Source of the DNA: an uncultured Bacteriovoracaceae bacterium
GTDB taxonomy: Bacteria; Bdellovibrionota; UBA1018
Reading direction: 5' to 3'
Assembly (NCBI GenBank): GCA_964563795.1
Contig: CAZLYB010000004.1
Location: 57,026 to 121,025, forward strand
DNA length: 64,000 nt
The position numbers and the translations under genes are program-made. Under the pieces are notes generated by a model. The model was given only the letters and a program-made list of their open reading frames with translations, was not told the origin of the DNA and did no database searches. Positions 27,801 to 36,171 of this stretch are shown one piece after another; position 1 is the first letter of the stretch; each line of letters begins with the position of its first letter.

Positions 27801-29332
27801 TGCCTCCGCTCGGAGAGCAATCTTCTGATCTCCCGGTGCTGGCGCGCTTTCTCGGTCTTGATCTTTGGAGCGTCTTTTTTCTCCGCGACGGGAAGCAGCG
27901 TGTTCAAGATGGGCTCGCTCGCCTGCGAGAGGGCGAGCGAAATCATGTCCGCAAAAACCGCGCGGAGCTCCGTCTCAGTGTAAGCCGAGAAAGGGGCGGC
28001 CCACGTCTCAAGCTGCTCGAGGAGCTTGCCTTGAAAGAGCATGTGCTCGGTGATCACCCAGTCGTCGATGAGAACGGCGACTTCTTTGGCGTTGAGCTCG
28101 GCTGCCTGGGGCAGGAGCACCCGCACCACCGACTCAGCGAGCTCAGGAGTCACATACTCAAAACTCAACGACTGTCGGCGGCGGATTTGCTGGTTCAAGG
28201 CCTCCGCCTGCTCATCGCTCAGGGAGAAAACCCCCGTTTTTGAATCGGCGCCGCCTAACTTCGAATCTTTAGCCAGGGGAAGAGTGAACGCGTACCGCTT
28301 CGCGGCCTCCTGCAGCGAGAGCCTGAGCCGGACTTCCACCCGATCCTTGTCGTTCTCCCAAAACCGCGCGGACTGATCCGCCAGGGCCGGGATATCCTTG
28401 AAGAGCTTCGCGTTGAACTTGGGGGGAGCCTGCACCGGATCGCGCGTGGTGACGTTGAGGACGCCCAGGGATTCGATCAAAAAGGCAGACAAGCCGTAGC
28501 GCGCGGCGCTGAACCATGAGGCTTCGCTCGCATCGCGATCCCTCGCGCGCGCCTCGATCTCCTCGAGCAACTTGCTCGAGAGCTGGAGGCTGATCTCACT
28601 GCGACTGTTGGGGTCCGCCAAAAGCGAGCCGTAGGATTTTTTGGAGAGGATGACGAACGATTGATTCTTCTGAAGCAGCGCCTTGAGCGAGCTCGCCGAG
28701 AGGAATCCCTCGAACTCGTTGTACCCATTCAGGCTATAAAAAGTCCGGACGGGAATTTTGAGCTCGAACTGGTCTTCTGCCTCTTGAGCCCTGAGCGGAG
28801 CGACCCAGGAACCCTGGATCCGCGCGTGCGCGGCTCGAAGCTGGGCGATCTTCATGAGGCGGGAGAAGTAGTCCATCATGAGAAAAAGGCGATTGTCGGT
28901 CTTGAAACCCTTTGAGGAAGGAATGAACGCGTGCTGCCGGAAGTTCTCCTCCAGCGTCGATTTCCAGCTGAGGAGATCGCTTTGGACCTTGAGCAAGTCT
29001 CCGCTGAATTGAATGACGTCGAATGGCCCGGAGGTGACGCTGTTCTTGTTGTTGAAGACGCGGTCGAGCCGCCGGAGCTCACTGCCGAGCCGGATGGAGG
29101 TCTCGGTCAGCCTCACGACTTCGACTTTGCCGCTGGAGGCGGTTGGAGGCTTGGCTTTTTTCAGGGTCTTGGGGGGCGCTTGGTCGATAGCGGCTTCAAA
29201 GGCCTCGACCCGCTCCATCTCTTCGTCCGCGCGCGCGGGCTTGGGAAAAAGAGCCGCCACCCCTGATATCTGGATGATCAGGGGGAAGGAGAGGATGATC
29301 CTGGCGCGTGAACCCCGGTGAAAAAGGCGCAT
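24896..29332 (-). CDS. Giant (1478 aa) exported or membrane-anchored hypothetical protein
   Basis: It has an N-terminal signal peptide (SFPLIIQISGVAALFPKPARA), a predicted helix-rich body, and a mid-protein hydrophobic cluster (GYYAGGVIVGKVLARIVG, LLALFALGTGVYYG, ALAVGGLALILGLGIFAQGISLAV) that implies 3 TM helices. No recognisable catalytic motif was found. Confidence 0.55.
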   Translation of the reverse strand: MRLFHRGSRARIILSFPLIIQISGVAALFPKPARADEEMERVEAFEAAIDQAPPKTLKKAKPPTASSGKVEVVRLTETSIRLGSELRRLDRVFNNKNSVTSGPFDVIQFSGDLLKVQSDLLSWKSTLEENFRQHAFIPSSKGFKTDNRLFLMMDYFSRLMKIAQLRAAHARIQGSWVAPLRAQEAEDQFELKIPVRTFYSLNGYNEFEGFLSASSLKALLQKNQSFVILSKKSYGSLLADPNSRSEISLQLSSKLLEEIEARARDRDASEASWFSAARYGLSAFLIESLGVLNVTTRDPVQAPPKFNAKLFKDIPALADQSARFWENDKDRVEVRLRLSLQEAAKRYAFTLPLAKDSKLGGADSKTGVFSLSDEQAEALNQQIRRRQSLSFEYVTPELAESVVRVLLPQAAELNAKEVAVLIDDWVITEHMLFQGKLLEQLETWAAPFSAYTETELRAVFADMISLALSQASEPILNTLLPVAEKKDAPKIKTEKARQHREIRRLLSERRQELKKQLVTAPEIADLIQTAKSIEEKVYEEKIRAPYVQDLVSRSKAIFRATQEPAYLHEVDLPILIQSLGLLSGSSVSEGLTRPWWDLIRNAPSYRQAQQLYLSMIGKIVLNNPIGFQPVVLAELAEKDCEVNSSAFERYIGWPVIPGTQNRNKAEEELDVRKKVILRDSLRLFLKQGCWLGFLQQGHKKSGATVKLADLPLNPAQIAVYRAMLQSSLIDSNILNFNQWSLTDGDPFTVSGAFKDFAYSIGERIGADKRFEFAKRPSEQEQKRLYEILANLDIQAGEDRPTDAENLVQADYWITRAESGIKNFAFQSAEKLALLGDGDYEKLEQLTEKIDRMLTLVEHSSQFQKRFQSQFPALSEVQRRAILDRAPDKFYGPLWSREAKEIGKYIGYYAGGVIVGKVLARIVGLKFFLESERPLIQRFLQPGAVFFTNRFGPILGPHLDDVIAPWNLLALFALGTGVYYGDTLIRGSSVNYQNINSFYFSSSEASFFNLAEYEASKKDLREKVNEQALAVGGLALILGLGIFAQGISLAVKEYKFNSFFKDMRLAGVTKDEIEAAISLEGGVANQGYWIALRTTVLKRLAIIARKLNDEWGIDADLPAIQNITVLDDEIIGLADEVERAAANIAKFRRAAARVLSEIDAEEKSFQLMLKELHPELVALYGEQATFDLSSKSLLEAISIKYRRTLIDSSAEAMQDYLRGRRAFTNLSLRLSEKANEANGLGLMRLYYRLKGDSEAMAEVVSSWKNFEASASSGGFSWRESFRLARGNVKTLDPIFVRRAFNEAYYGQNGVIRFGKNWDPANPEQGKVPSKLLEAKIINLGGQNAGQRLDLMKQAEVDSNEFEAARRVFAEREWDWDFYEVLRWVESRGSSPLNPQSSAFGPTQALPKNVGRLVDRFFLSNEQWPKVNQEEFRRFSIALKDFLNHPELREIYNSFYLQKDAGSFGFLEMKGITHLLGGVP

Positions 29333-29417
29333 AACCGCGGCACTTTACACCACTTGGCGCAGTTTTATTACATTAAAATAATTTATAAAAATCAGGACCT
29401 TAGGGACTCGGCATTAT

Positions 29418-30602
29418 TTATATAAGCTCAGAGCATTTGCCTGCTGCATCCATCACTGCTTTACGACTCTCTGCGCTCGCTCGAATCGTCTGTCGGATGG
29501 TCCGCGCAAAAAAGCGGCACTCTTCACTCGCCAATATCTCCACTCTGCCAATGGCATCGGCTAATGAAGTATTGAGCGCTTTCGCCAGTGCAGCGACCAC
29601 AATACCAGCTCGGATCACCTCAGCGCCGTTATAGGAACGAATCCCCTCACCGATACGTTGCGCTAAGGTCTGATCGCTCACTTTGAAAAGAGGCGCTCCC
29701 AATGCGTTATGAATTTTCACCCCATTTGCAAGCGCCCAAAGATAAACATAAGCGGGGTTTTCGCCAACAGGGACCTGCCGCGCAGTCGCTGGAGCCGTTG
29801 CATTGGGATTTGCTGTTAACGTGCAAGCAGTGCTGGCTCCTGATCCCACGATGAACGCATAGGCTTGAGGTTCTTTTATCGCTTGCTGAGTCACTGCATC
29901 ATCAGGGAGCTTATGATAACTGACGTCACGTTTAACGAGAGAGGCCATCTGATCTAAAGTGAAAGACATCAAACTTTTAGCTTCCGGAGACAGCTCTTCC
30001 TTGAGTCCCGCAATTTTATCAGATTCCACCACCGGAACCGACTTGACGACTGGACCCCCTGCTACCGTGGTCCCTGAAAATCTACGGGTGCCTGCCCCCG
30101 TTGATACCGTGGCTTTCGAAGGAGCTGTGCCTAACGCCGCTTCCCCGGACACGCGCAAGGCAGTAACGCGATCCGAACTAAAGGCAGAATAGAGTTCGTT
30201 TACTGCGCTTAAAACCTGCAGAAGCTGTTTCTCAGCTTGCTGCGGATTGGTGATGATTCCTTGAACGACGAGTTGGCTCATATCCTTGCCCTCGCTCAGG
30301 ACCAAAGGACCCGTCGCCGATAAAAGCGCGAGAAGGCGGCTCTCAATCAGCCCCTTGGAAGATCCGGCGATGCTCAATATCCCTTGAGCCTTAGTGGTCT
30401 GGCTAGCAAGCACAGCGGCTTCCTCAGTCGTTAACCCCTTTAGCGCCGCAAGAATTTTTTCCGCTACTTTCTCAACCGATTGCGCCGCTCTGAGCACTTC
30501 CGTCGGTCCCGCCTGAACGTAAGCAGAATTCAGAAAAAAAGCAGTCACCAGGAGCGACCCTGAAATTTTTAAACCATTCCTAACACTCATAAAAAAACCC
30601 AT
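29418..30602 (-). CDS. Secreted hypothetical protein, Ala/Ser/Thr/Gly-rich
   Basis: The start was refined to MGFFMSVRNGLKISGSLLVTAFFLNSAYVQA (signal peptide). Its GC content is intermediate (about 50 %) compared with the 60 % neighbours. Confidence 0.45.
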   Translation of the reverse strand: MGFFMSVRNGLKISGSLLVTAFFLNSAYVQAGPTEVLRAAQSVEKVAEKILAALKGLTTEEAAVLASQTTKAQGILSIAGSSKGLIESRLLALLSATGPLVLSEGKDMSQLVVQGIITNPQQAEKQLLQVLSAVNELYSAFSSDRVTALRVSGEAALGTAPSKATVSTGAGTRRFSGTTVAGGPVVKSVPVVESDKIAGLKEELSPEAKSLMSFTLDQMASLVKRDVSYHKLPDDAVTQQAIKEPQAYAFIVGSGASTACTLTANPNATAPATARQVPVGENPAYVYLWALANGVKIHNALGAPLFKVSDQTLAQRIGEGIRSYNGAEVIRAGIVVAALAKALNTSLADAIGRVEILASEECRFFARTIRQTIRASAESRKAVMDAAGKCSELI

Positions 30603-30704
30603 CTTCGAATTGATTCCTTGAATATGCACTTGATCCCCCCTTGCACACGAACTTCAAGATTAAATTCACATAACTCAGAACAAGCGGAGATGCAAGCCGG
30701 CCGC

Positions 30705-31526
30705 TCAGGGAGCGGCAATCCAGGCGAGCTGCCCAATCACCCAAGCATTGCGCTTCTGGTCCTTGAAGAGGAATCCCAGGGAGCTGGAGGGGTGAGCCTC
30801 GGGCGAAAGTCCTTGAATTTTAGCCACTAACTCCCTCCCTCGATTTTCTTGAAGGGTGGGCCATCCCTGAATTTTCACCGCATCCATGCGTTTGATGGCT
30901 ATGCGGACGCAGTCGCTGAGGCTAATGCCCGCAAGCGCTTCCAAATCCAAGTCATCCGCCACTACCGGCTCATACTCTCCGGGCAGACTCGGGCTGATCT
31001 GGCAGTCGCTCCAGCGGTGCTCTTTGAACTTTGCCCATGAAAACAAAGGGATCCCCCAAGCCTCCCAAGGCGTGTAAGCCCAGGGAACGGGAGCGTCAAA
31101 AGCCTCTCGTTCTGAAAGCCGGTATTCAATGGGAATGATCTGTCCCGTCAAGGAGTAAGGGTTGAACGCCTCGGTAGGGAAGGTACGGGTCGAACCCCCG
31201 TAGCCGAAAGTCACTCGACTGATGAAGGCTTCATTGTCCGTCCACAGCGTTTTTTTATCCGAGAGCTTTGACTTGGAGCGGAGCAAACCCACCGCTTGGT
31301 CGACGCATTTCTCAGGGATGCGATGGGCTTCGATGTCTTGGACTTTATGGTGATAAGGCCCGTAAACCAGCCACTTTTGATCGCCATCGTAATGCCCGGT
31401 GAGCGAGCAGCGGAACGGGAAATCGGCTGATTCGAGGGCGTGCGAAACTGGCCCCCCGCTTAATAGGAGCTGAAAAATAAAAACCAATTTGGTCCATGGA
31501 CTTAGACGGATCATCAAGAAAGTCAC
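30705..31526 (-). CDS. Secreted hypothetical protein (273 aa)
   Basis: The N-terminus is a signal peptide (MTFLMIRLSPWTKLVFIFQLLLSGGPVSHA). It is Trp/Tyr-rich. No known domain was found. Confidence 0.45.
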   Translation of the reverse strand: MTFLMIRLSPWTKLVFIFQLLLSGGPVSHALESADFPFRCSLTGHYDGDQKWLVYGPYHHKVQDIEAHRIPEKCVDQAVGLLRSKSKLSDKKTLWTDNEAFISRVTFGYGGSTRTFPTEAFNPYSLTGQIIPIEYRLSEREAFDAPVPWAYTPWEAWGIPLFSWAKFKEHRWSDCQISPSLPGEYEPVVADDLDLEALAGISLSDCVRIAIKRMDAVKIQGWPTLQENRGRELVAKIQGLSPEAHPSSSLGFLFKDQKRNAWVIGQLAWIAAP

Positions 31527-31581
31527 ATACCATAATTTACACTATATTTATATATTAAATAAATTCGGATTATTTTTTTAT

Positions 31582-34191
31582 TTAATTGCTGCTTTTAGCG
31601 CTGTCGATAAGACACTTGATTTTAGCAGAAAGGCTTTTTTCTTTACCTTTATTATCCTTAAAGTGAAGGGCTAATCTAAAACCTGCTTCATCCTCTATTG
31701 CGTCATTGGCGTCACGATAGCTATTTTCGCCTTTATTAAAAAACTTTTTAGCTATTTCGTTTAGAAATTCCTCCCTGTTCTCAATTGAAACTGAAACTCC
31801 ATGGGCTTTTTCTTGAGTTTTAAGGTATGAATCCAATTTGAACTCAAGCACTTTCTTAAACTCCTCTAAGGTTTGAGGGGGGTGAACAACGCCAATCTTC
31901 AGCATTCTATCCAATAGAGGCGCTTTAATTCCCATCCCCTCTCTACCTGGAACACGAGTCATCGCGCTCTTAAGTTCATTTAACTTAATGCCAGTCGGAT
32001 GTTTTACAATGTAGTCCTCGCCTGCATTCGTGGTGAATAAAAAAGAGGCATTCGAGCACATTACCTCAACGGTCGTTTTTCTATTGCTAGTACTTGAGCC
32101 ATCAATGGACTCTGTCATTTGTATGGTTTTGTTTGCTGTTGCCGAAAGAAGCAAATCATGAATCGCAGTAGAGGCTTTATCTATTTCGTCAAACAAGATC
32201 ACAGTATGGGGGTCCTCAGTAAGAATACTGCCCAATCTATTTAAAAAATTCTCAGTATCGCCAGAAGTATAGTCACCCATACGAATCTCAACAAATTTTT
32301 CGCCAAGTGCTCTTGCATACGCTCGAGCCAAAACAGTTTTTCCTAAACCTGGGGGCCCCGCAAGCAACAGAAGAATCCTAGGTTTTGATCGATCATGCGT
32401 TCCGAATAAAACTCGAGTTGTCTCCCTCAGCAGGCCCTCCTTCAAATCTTGCAATCCCAAAACAGTTTCATTCATGGAGGGGATTAACTGATCAAGCTTA
32501 TTGATTCGGGCTTCTGAATCGAACGCAGAGCGATCGATTTTATAAAGGCGTGACGCAGGCCCATCAACGTATTTTTCAGTGAGCGTGCCGATCTCTTTTC
32601 CTTCAAATGCCGCGGTTGCATAGACCATCTCGGTCAATCGTCGCGCTTTTACCAAAGGTGTACCTCTTGCATCATAATCAGCGGATATCGCCAAAATCCT
32701 TACATAAACTTCTTCATTGAGAAGTGGGTAACCATGTTTTTTTGACCAACTTTTTAATGCCTCAACCAATTGATTATTTGGAATAGGTGAAATTTTTATT
32801 TCTGTCATCGCCCCACCGACTGAAAAGCCACTAAAAAGAGACTTTAAATCTTCGGGGGTCGTCGAACCAATCGCTCGTATCGAGCCACTCCTCATCCAAG
32901 GTGCTGCTAAATCAAAAAAACCTGTTGAATCGCCCTGGTGCGCTCCCGTAAATCGAATTAAACTCTGATTATCCATAATTAAGATAACATTAGGATCACT
33001 ACTTGCTAACTCGAACAAGGCGGCAGAACGGCTTGTAAAAGCTCCTGAAAAACGAGAGCCCGCCCCCAAAGCAGCATCAGTGACGTGAATAAAGCGTGTA
33101 GTGGATGGAATTTCTGGATACTTTCCAGCCTTAACACTGGCTACAAAAGTATTGAGATACTCCGTCCTTCCAGATCCTGACTCTCCGACTAAAACTGAGC
33201 TTTTCATTTGCCCTCTTAAAAGATTTATCCGCATACTATCAATGATCTTTGCATCTAATGGCTCTTCAAAAGCCCCCCCATTCCGTTTAATGACCTCCTC
33301 ATAATCAACAAAATGTTCATTAACAATGTCTTCTGCCGGACGCCTTCTCACGCCATCCTCATCAACAATCAGCTTCTTGCCTTTAGCGGGTTGATTGGCT
33401 TTCGAAAGCTCGTCAAATTTAGCAAGCGGCACTGGATGTGAGTCGCCTACAATAACTTTTTTTTCGTTCGATTCACCTTCGGCCCTGATGGAAATCCCTT
33501 CATCAAATTTTGGGGGCAATTTTTGATTCGGAACTAAAACAAACTCCCCATTCTCCCGAATCAAAAATAAATCGCCTACTGTCGGTGGGGCGAGATCACT
33601 CTCAGGCGGATAAGGCAGGAAAAGGCCCCGATATGATTGTCCTTCGATTGTGAGTTCAGGGGAAACTCTCCAGTTCAAGATTTCACTTTTAAGCCCACCA
33701 TTATTTCTTGTATGCTGATGATATTGGCGTTGTTGATTTAGTGGAATTTTTAATTCCGTACGAATTCCACTTTGAGAAATGAGCACAAGGTCAGCACCGA
33801 TGTTTACGACGGTGTATCTCCCTCCTTTTAATTCGTGCTCGACTCGAGCGTGAAAAATTTCACCATTGTTGTGCACATTATTAACCCAAGATGAACCGAC
33901 GTTCGTCGCATAGAACCTTCTTGGAAAAGAAGGATCCAAAATCTCAAATGGCGATGTATTAATCGCATTCACCTTTTCTAAGATAACTCCCTTTTCAACA
34001 TCAAAAATCAACCTATTCCCATTTTCAAAGACATACAAAAATTTAGGCGGATCAGAAAAAGCGATTGAAGGAGAAAAAACAAAGATGCTCAAAAATAAAT
34101 AATTTGTCCGTTTACGCAAAAATAGAATGATGCGCGGTGCAATAGAAAGGGACCAAAACCTCATGCGGACTTTTCGGACATTTAAGCGCAA
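31582..34191 (-). CDS. ClpA/ClpB-family double-AAA+ protein with a unique N-terminal domain of about 310 aa, a hydrophobic anchor and a degenerate D1 domain
   Basis: D1-like Walker A is VGESGSGRT (Lys replaced by Arg) and Walker B is ILIMDN (Glu replaced by Asn). The D1/small-domain junction RAIGSTTPEDL resembles ClpB R-x-IGATT. D2 is canonical (LAGPPGLGKT, VILFDEIDKA, LFTTNAG). The N-terminus has a hydrophobic stretch (YLFLSIFVFSPSIAFS). The gene sits in a DNA block of about 38-40 % GC. Confidence 0.7.
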   Translation of the reverse strand: MRLNVRKVRMRFWSLSIAPRIILFLRKRTNYLFLSIFVFSPSIAFSDPPKFLYVFENGNRLIFDVEKGVILEKVNAINTSPFEILDPSFPRRFYATNVGSSWVNNVHNNGEIFHARVEHELKGGRYTVVNIGADLVLISQSGIRTELKIPLNQQRQYHQHTRNNGGLKSEILNWRVSPELTIEGQSYRGLFLPYPPESDLAPPTVGDLFLIRENGEFVLVPNQKLPPKFDEGISIRAEGESNEKKVIVGDSHPVPLAKFDELSKANQPAKGKKLIVDEDGVRRRPAEDIVNEHFVDYEEVIKRNGGAFEEPLDAKIIDSMRINLLRGQMKSSVLVGESGSGRTEYLNTFVASVKAGKYPEIPSTTRFIHVTDAALGAGSRFSGAFTSRSAALFELASSDPNVILIMDNQSLIRFTGAHQGDSTGFFDLAAPWMRSGSIRAIGSTTPEDLKSLFSGFSVGGAMTEIKISPIPNNQLVEALKSWSKKHGYPLLNEEVYVRILAISADYDARGTPLVKARRLTEMVYATAAFEGKEIGTLTEKYVDGPASRLYKIDRSAFDSEARINKLDQLIPSMNETVLGLQDLKEGLLRETTRVLFGTHDRSKPRILLLLAGPPGLGKTVLARAYARALGEKFVEIRMGDYTSGDTENFLNRLGSILTEDPHTVILFDEIDKASTAIHDLLLSATANKTIQMTESIDGSSTSNRKTTVEVMCSNASFLFTTNAGEDYIVKHPTGIKLNELKSAMTRVPGREGMGIKAPLLDRMLKIGVVHPPQTLEEFKKVLEFKLDSYLKTQEKAHGVSVSIENREEFLNEIAKKFFNKGENSYRDANDAIEDEAGFRLALHFKDNKGKEKSLSAKIKCLIDSAKSSN

Positions 34192-34401
34192 AGGTCAAGT
34201 TCCGTAGTGTAAAAAAGATGCGGCGCGATGAAGCCATTTCACGCCTGATTCCATCCGTTTGCGTCATCCGGATTTTTAATTCGGTGAGTCAGCAGACGCG
34301 CCGGATTGCCGTCAAAAAAATGTTGACGCCACCTCGATTCGAGTCTACTTGGTGACTAGTAGCGGTACCTTTTTAGCATTAGATTTAAGGGGGTTGTCGT
34401 A

Positions 34402-34611
34402 ATGGCTACCGGTTTAGTGAAATGGTTTAATGACAGCAAGGGCTATGGCTTTATCCGCACCGAAGATACGGAGCGGGATATCTTCGTCCACTACAGCGCG
34501 ATCCAGGGCGACGGGTTCAAGACTCTCGTCGAAGGACAGCGCGTCGAGTTCGAGCTTGTGGATGGCCCGAAGGGCCCTCAAGCCTCGAACGTTTTCAAAA
34601 CGCCGCAATAA
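34402..34611 (+). CDS. cspA: Cold-shock protein (CspA family)
   Basis: The motifs [12 protein letters not shown] and VHYSAI are RNP1/RNP2. The length is 69 aa. An AAGGGGG ribosome-binding site is present. Confidence 0.9.
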   Translation: MATGLVKWFNDSKGYGFIRTEDTERDIFVHYSAIQGDGFKTLVEGQRVEFELVDGPKGPQASNVFKTPQ

Positions 34612-34616
34612 GCCCG

Positions 34617-34633
34617 TCGTCGATTTTTAATCG
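34617..34633. terminator. Bidirectional hairpin between convergent cspA and astD (GTCGATT-ttt-AATCGAC)
   Basis: A perfect 7-bp inverted repeat lies in the 24-nt gap between the two stop codons. It is AT-rich and is flanked by T and A residues. Confidence 0.4.
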
Positions 34634-34635
34634 AC

Positions 34636-36159
34636 TTACATCACGCCAGGCGCAAGCTTTTCGGGGAGTTTGGTTTCAGAAGTCTCGAGCGAGCTCACCG
34701 GCGTGGTGCAGTAAAGCGGAGCGCTGAGCGCGGTCGGAAAATGATTGCCGCTCTTCTTCACCCCTCCGAACGGCAGCCGGGACGAAGCGCCGACGGTGCC
34801 TTTGTTCCAATTCACCGCGCCCATCTCGAGCTCATCGATGCATTTGAGATAGGTCTGCCGCGAACGGCTGAAGACGCTCGCCACCAGCCCGTACTGGGTC
34901 GCGTTGATCTGAGCGATCGCCTCATCCAGATCTGCCACTGGCAAAATCACGAGGTTGGGCGCGAAAAGCTCGGTCTGCTGGTAGACGCTCTTGAGCGTCT
35001 GCTCCAATGACGGCGACTTCACCCGGCAGAGCGTGGGTGAGACATAGAAGCCTTGCACCCCTAGCTCCAAAGCCTTGCCCCGCATGATGATCTCGCATCC
35101 CTCGCGCGTCGCGATCCCCAAAAACTTCATGTAACGATCCACGGAACTCTGATCGATGAGCGGCCCCATGAAAGGATCTTCGAGCGGATGCCCGATCTTG
35201 AACGCCTTGGCGCGCTCGTGCAGACGGCGAGTGAACTCATCGCAGAGGCCGGGGTGAATGACGACGCGGCTCGCGCCGCTGCAGCGCTGGCCCGCCGTCG
35301 CGAAGGCCGAAAAAAGGGTTTCGTAAACCGCGACCTCGAGGTCCGCATCCTCCCAAACGAGGATCGAGTTCTTCCCGCCCATCTCGAGCGCTAGGAGCTT
35401 CCAGTGCTGTTGGAGCGTATCCTGCTTGATCCGCAGCCCCACTTCGTAGGAACCGGTGAACAGGATTCCATCGACTTCGTCATGCACGCAGAGGCGTCGG
35501 CCCACTTCCTTCTCGCCCTGAATCAGGCTGAAGACGCCCGCTGGCAATCCGGCTTCCTCAAAACATTCCGCGATCAGCTGACCCACGAGCGGGGCTTTCT
35601 CGGAGGGCTTGAAGATCACCGTATTCCCGGTCAAAAGCGCGGGAATGAAATGCCCATTTGGAAGATGGCCCGGAAAATTGAAAGGCCCGATCACCGCCAT
35701 CACCCCCAGCGGCCGGTAACGACAGGCGCCGCGCGTGCGCTCCTGAATCTCGGGAATCTCGAAGTCCAAGACAAGCTTCAGGCTTTCGTTGATCGTGATG
35801 TCGACCTTGTTGATCATCGCGTCGACTTCGGTGCGGCTCTCCCAGAGAGGCTTTCCGACTTCGCGCGCGATGATCTCGGCGATCTCGTCCTTGCGGCGAA
35901 TCAGCGCCTGCTGGTAACTTTTGATCAGCGCCTGGCGCTCGGTGAGCCCCGTTTTTTTCCACGAGCGGAACGCCTTGCGCGCAGAGAGCACCGCCTCGTC
36001 GACCGATGCGTAGGAATAATCGAAGCGCCCCAGCTCATCCTGAAAGTTGGCGGGGCTTCGACTCACCCACTGGCCCTGGGGATCGGATGCCCTCGAGAAT
36101 TTTCCTTCGATGAAATTTCCACGAACCGGGAACTGGAAGCGGCCAACGGCGGTTTTCAT
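34636..36159 (-). CDS. astD: Aldehyde dehydrogenase, succinylglutamate-semialdehyde dehydrogenase-like
   Basis: ALDH-family motifs are present (GKNSILV around the catalytic Cys region, FTGSYEVG, ELGGK-like ALEMGGKN). The length is 507 aa. It is adjacent to astA. Confidence 0.75.
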   Translation of the reverse strand: MKTAVGRFQFPVRGNFIEGKFSRASDPQGQWVSRSPANFQDELGRFDYSYASVDEAVLSARKAFRSWKKTGLTERQALIKSYQQALIRRKDEIAEIIAREVGKPLWESRTEVDAMINKVDITINESLKLVLDFEIPEIQERTRGACRYRPLGVMAVIGPFNFPGHLPNGHFIPALLTGNTVIFKPSEKAPLVGQLIAECFEEAGLPAGVFSLIQGEKEVGRRLCVHDEVDGILFTGSYEVGLRIKQDTLQQHWKLLALEMGGKNSILVWEDADLEVAVYETLFSAFATAGQRCSGASRVVIHPGLCDEFTRRLHERAKAFKIGHPLEDPFMGPLIDQSSVDRYMKFLGIATREGCEIIMRGKALELGVQGFYVSPTLCRVKSPSLEQTLKSVYQQTELFAPNLVILPVADLDEAIAQINATQYGLVASVFSRSRQTYLKCIDELEMGAVNWNKGTVGASSRLPFGGVKKSGNHFPTALSAPLYCTTPVSSLETSETKLPEKLAPGVM

Positions 36160-36171
36160 GGGTTGATTTTA

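Noticed and set aside
34330-34375. tRNA-like T-loop motif GATTCGAGTC near the island border, upstream of cspA
   Set aside because: No compatible T-stem, acceptor stem or CCA could be folded around it, so this is not a tRNA or att remnant. It is probably part of the long cspA 5' UTR.
29333-34400. Search for mobility genes (integrase, transposase, IS inverted repeats, flanking direct repeats) and for CRISPR arrays around the low-GC island
   Set aside because: None were found. The island is called only on composition and gene content. No repeat-spacer periodicity was seen anywhere in the window.
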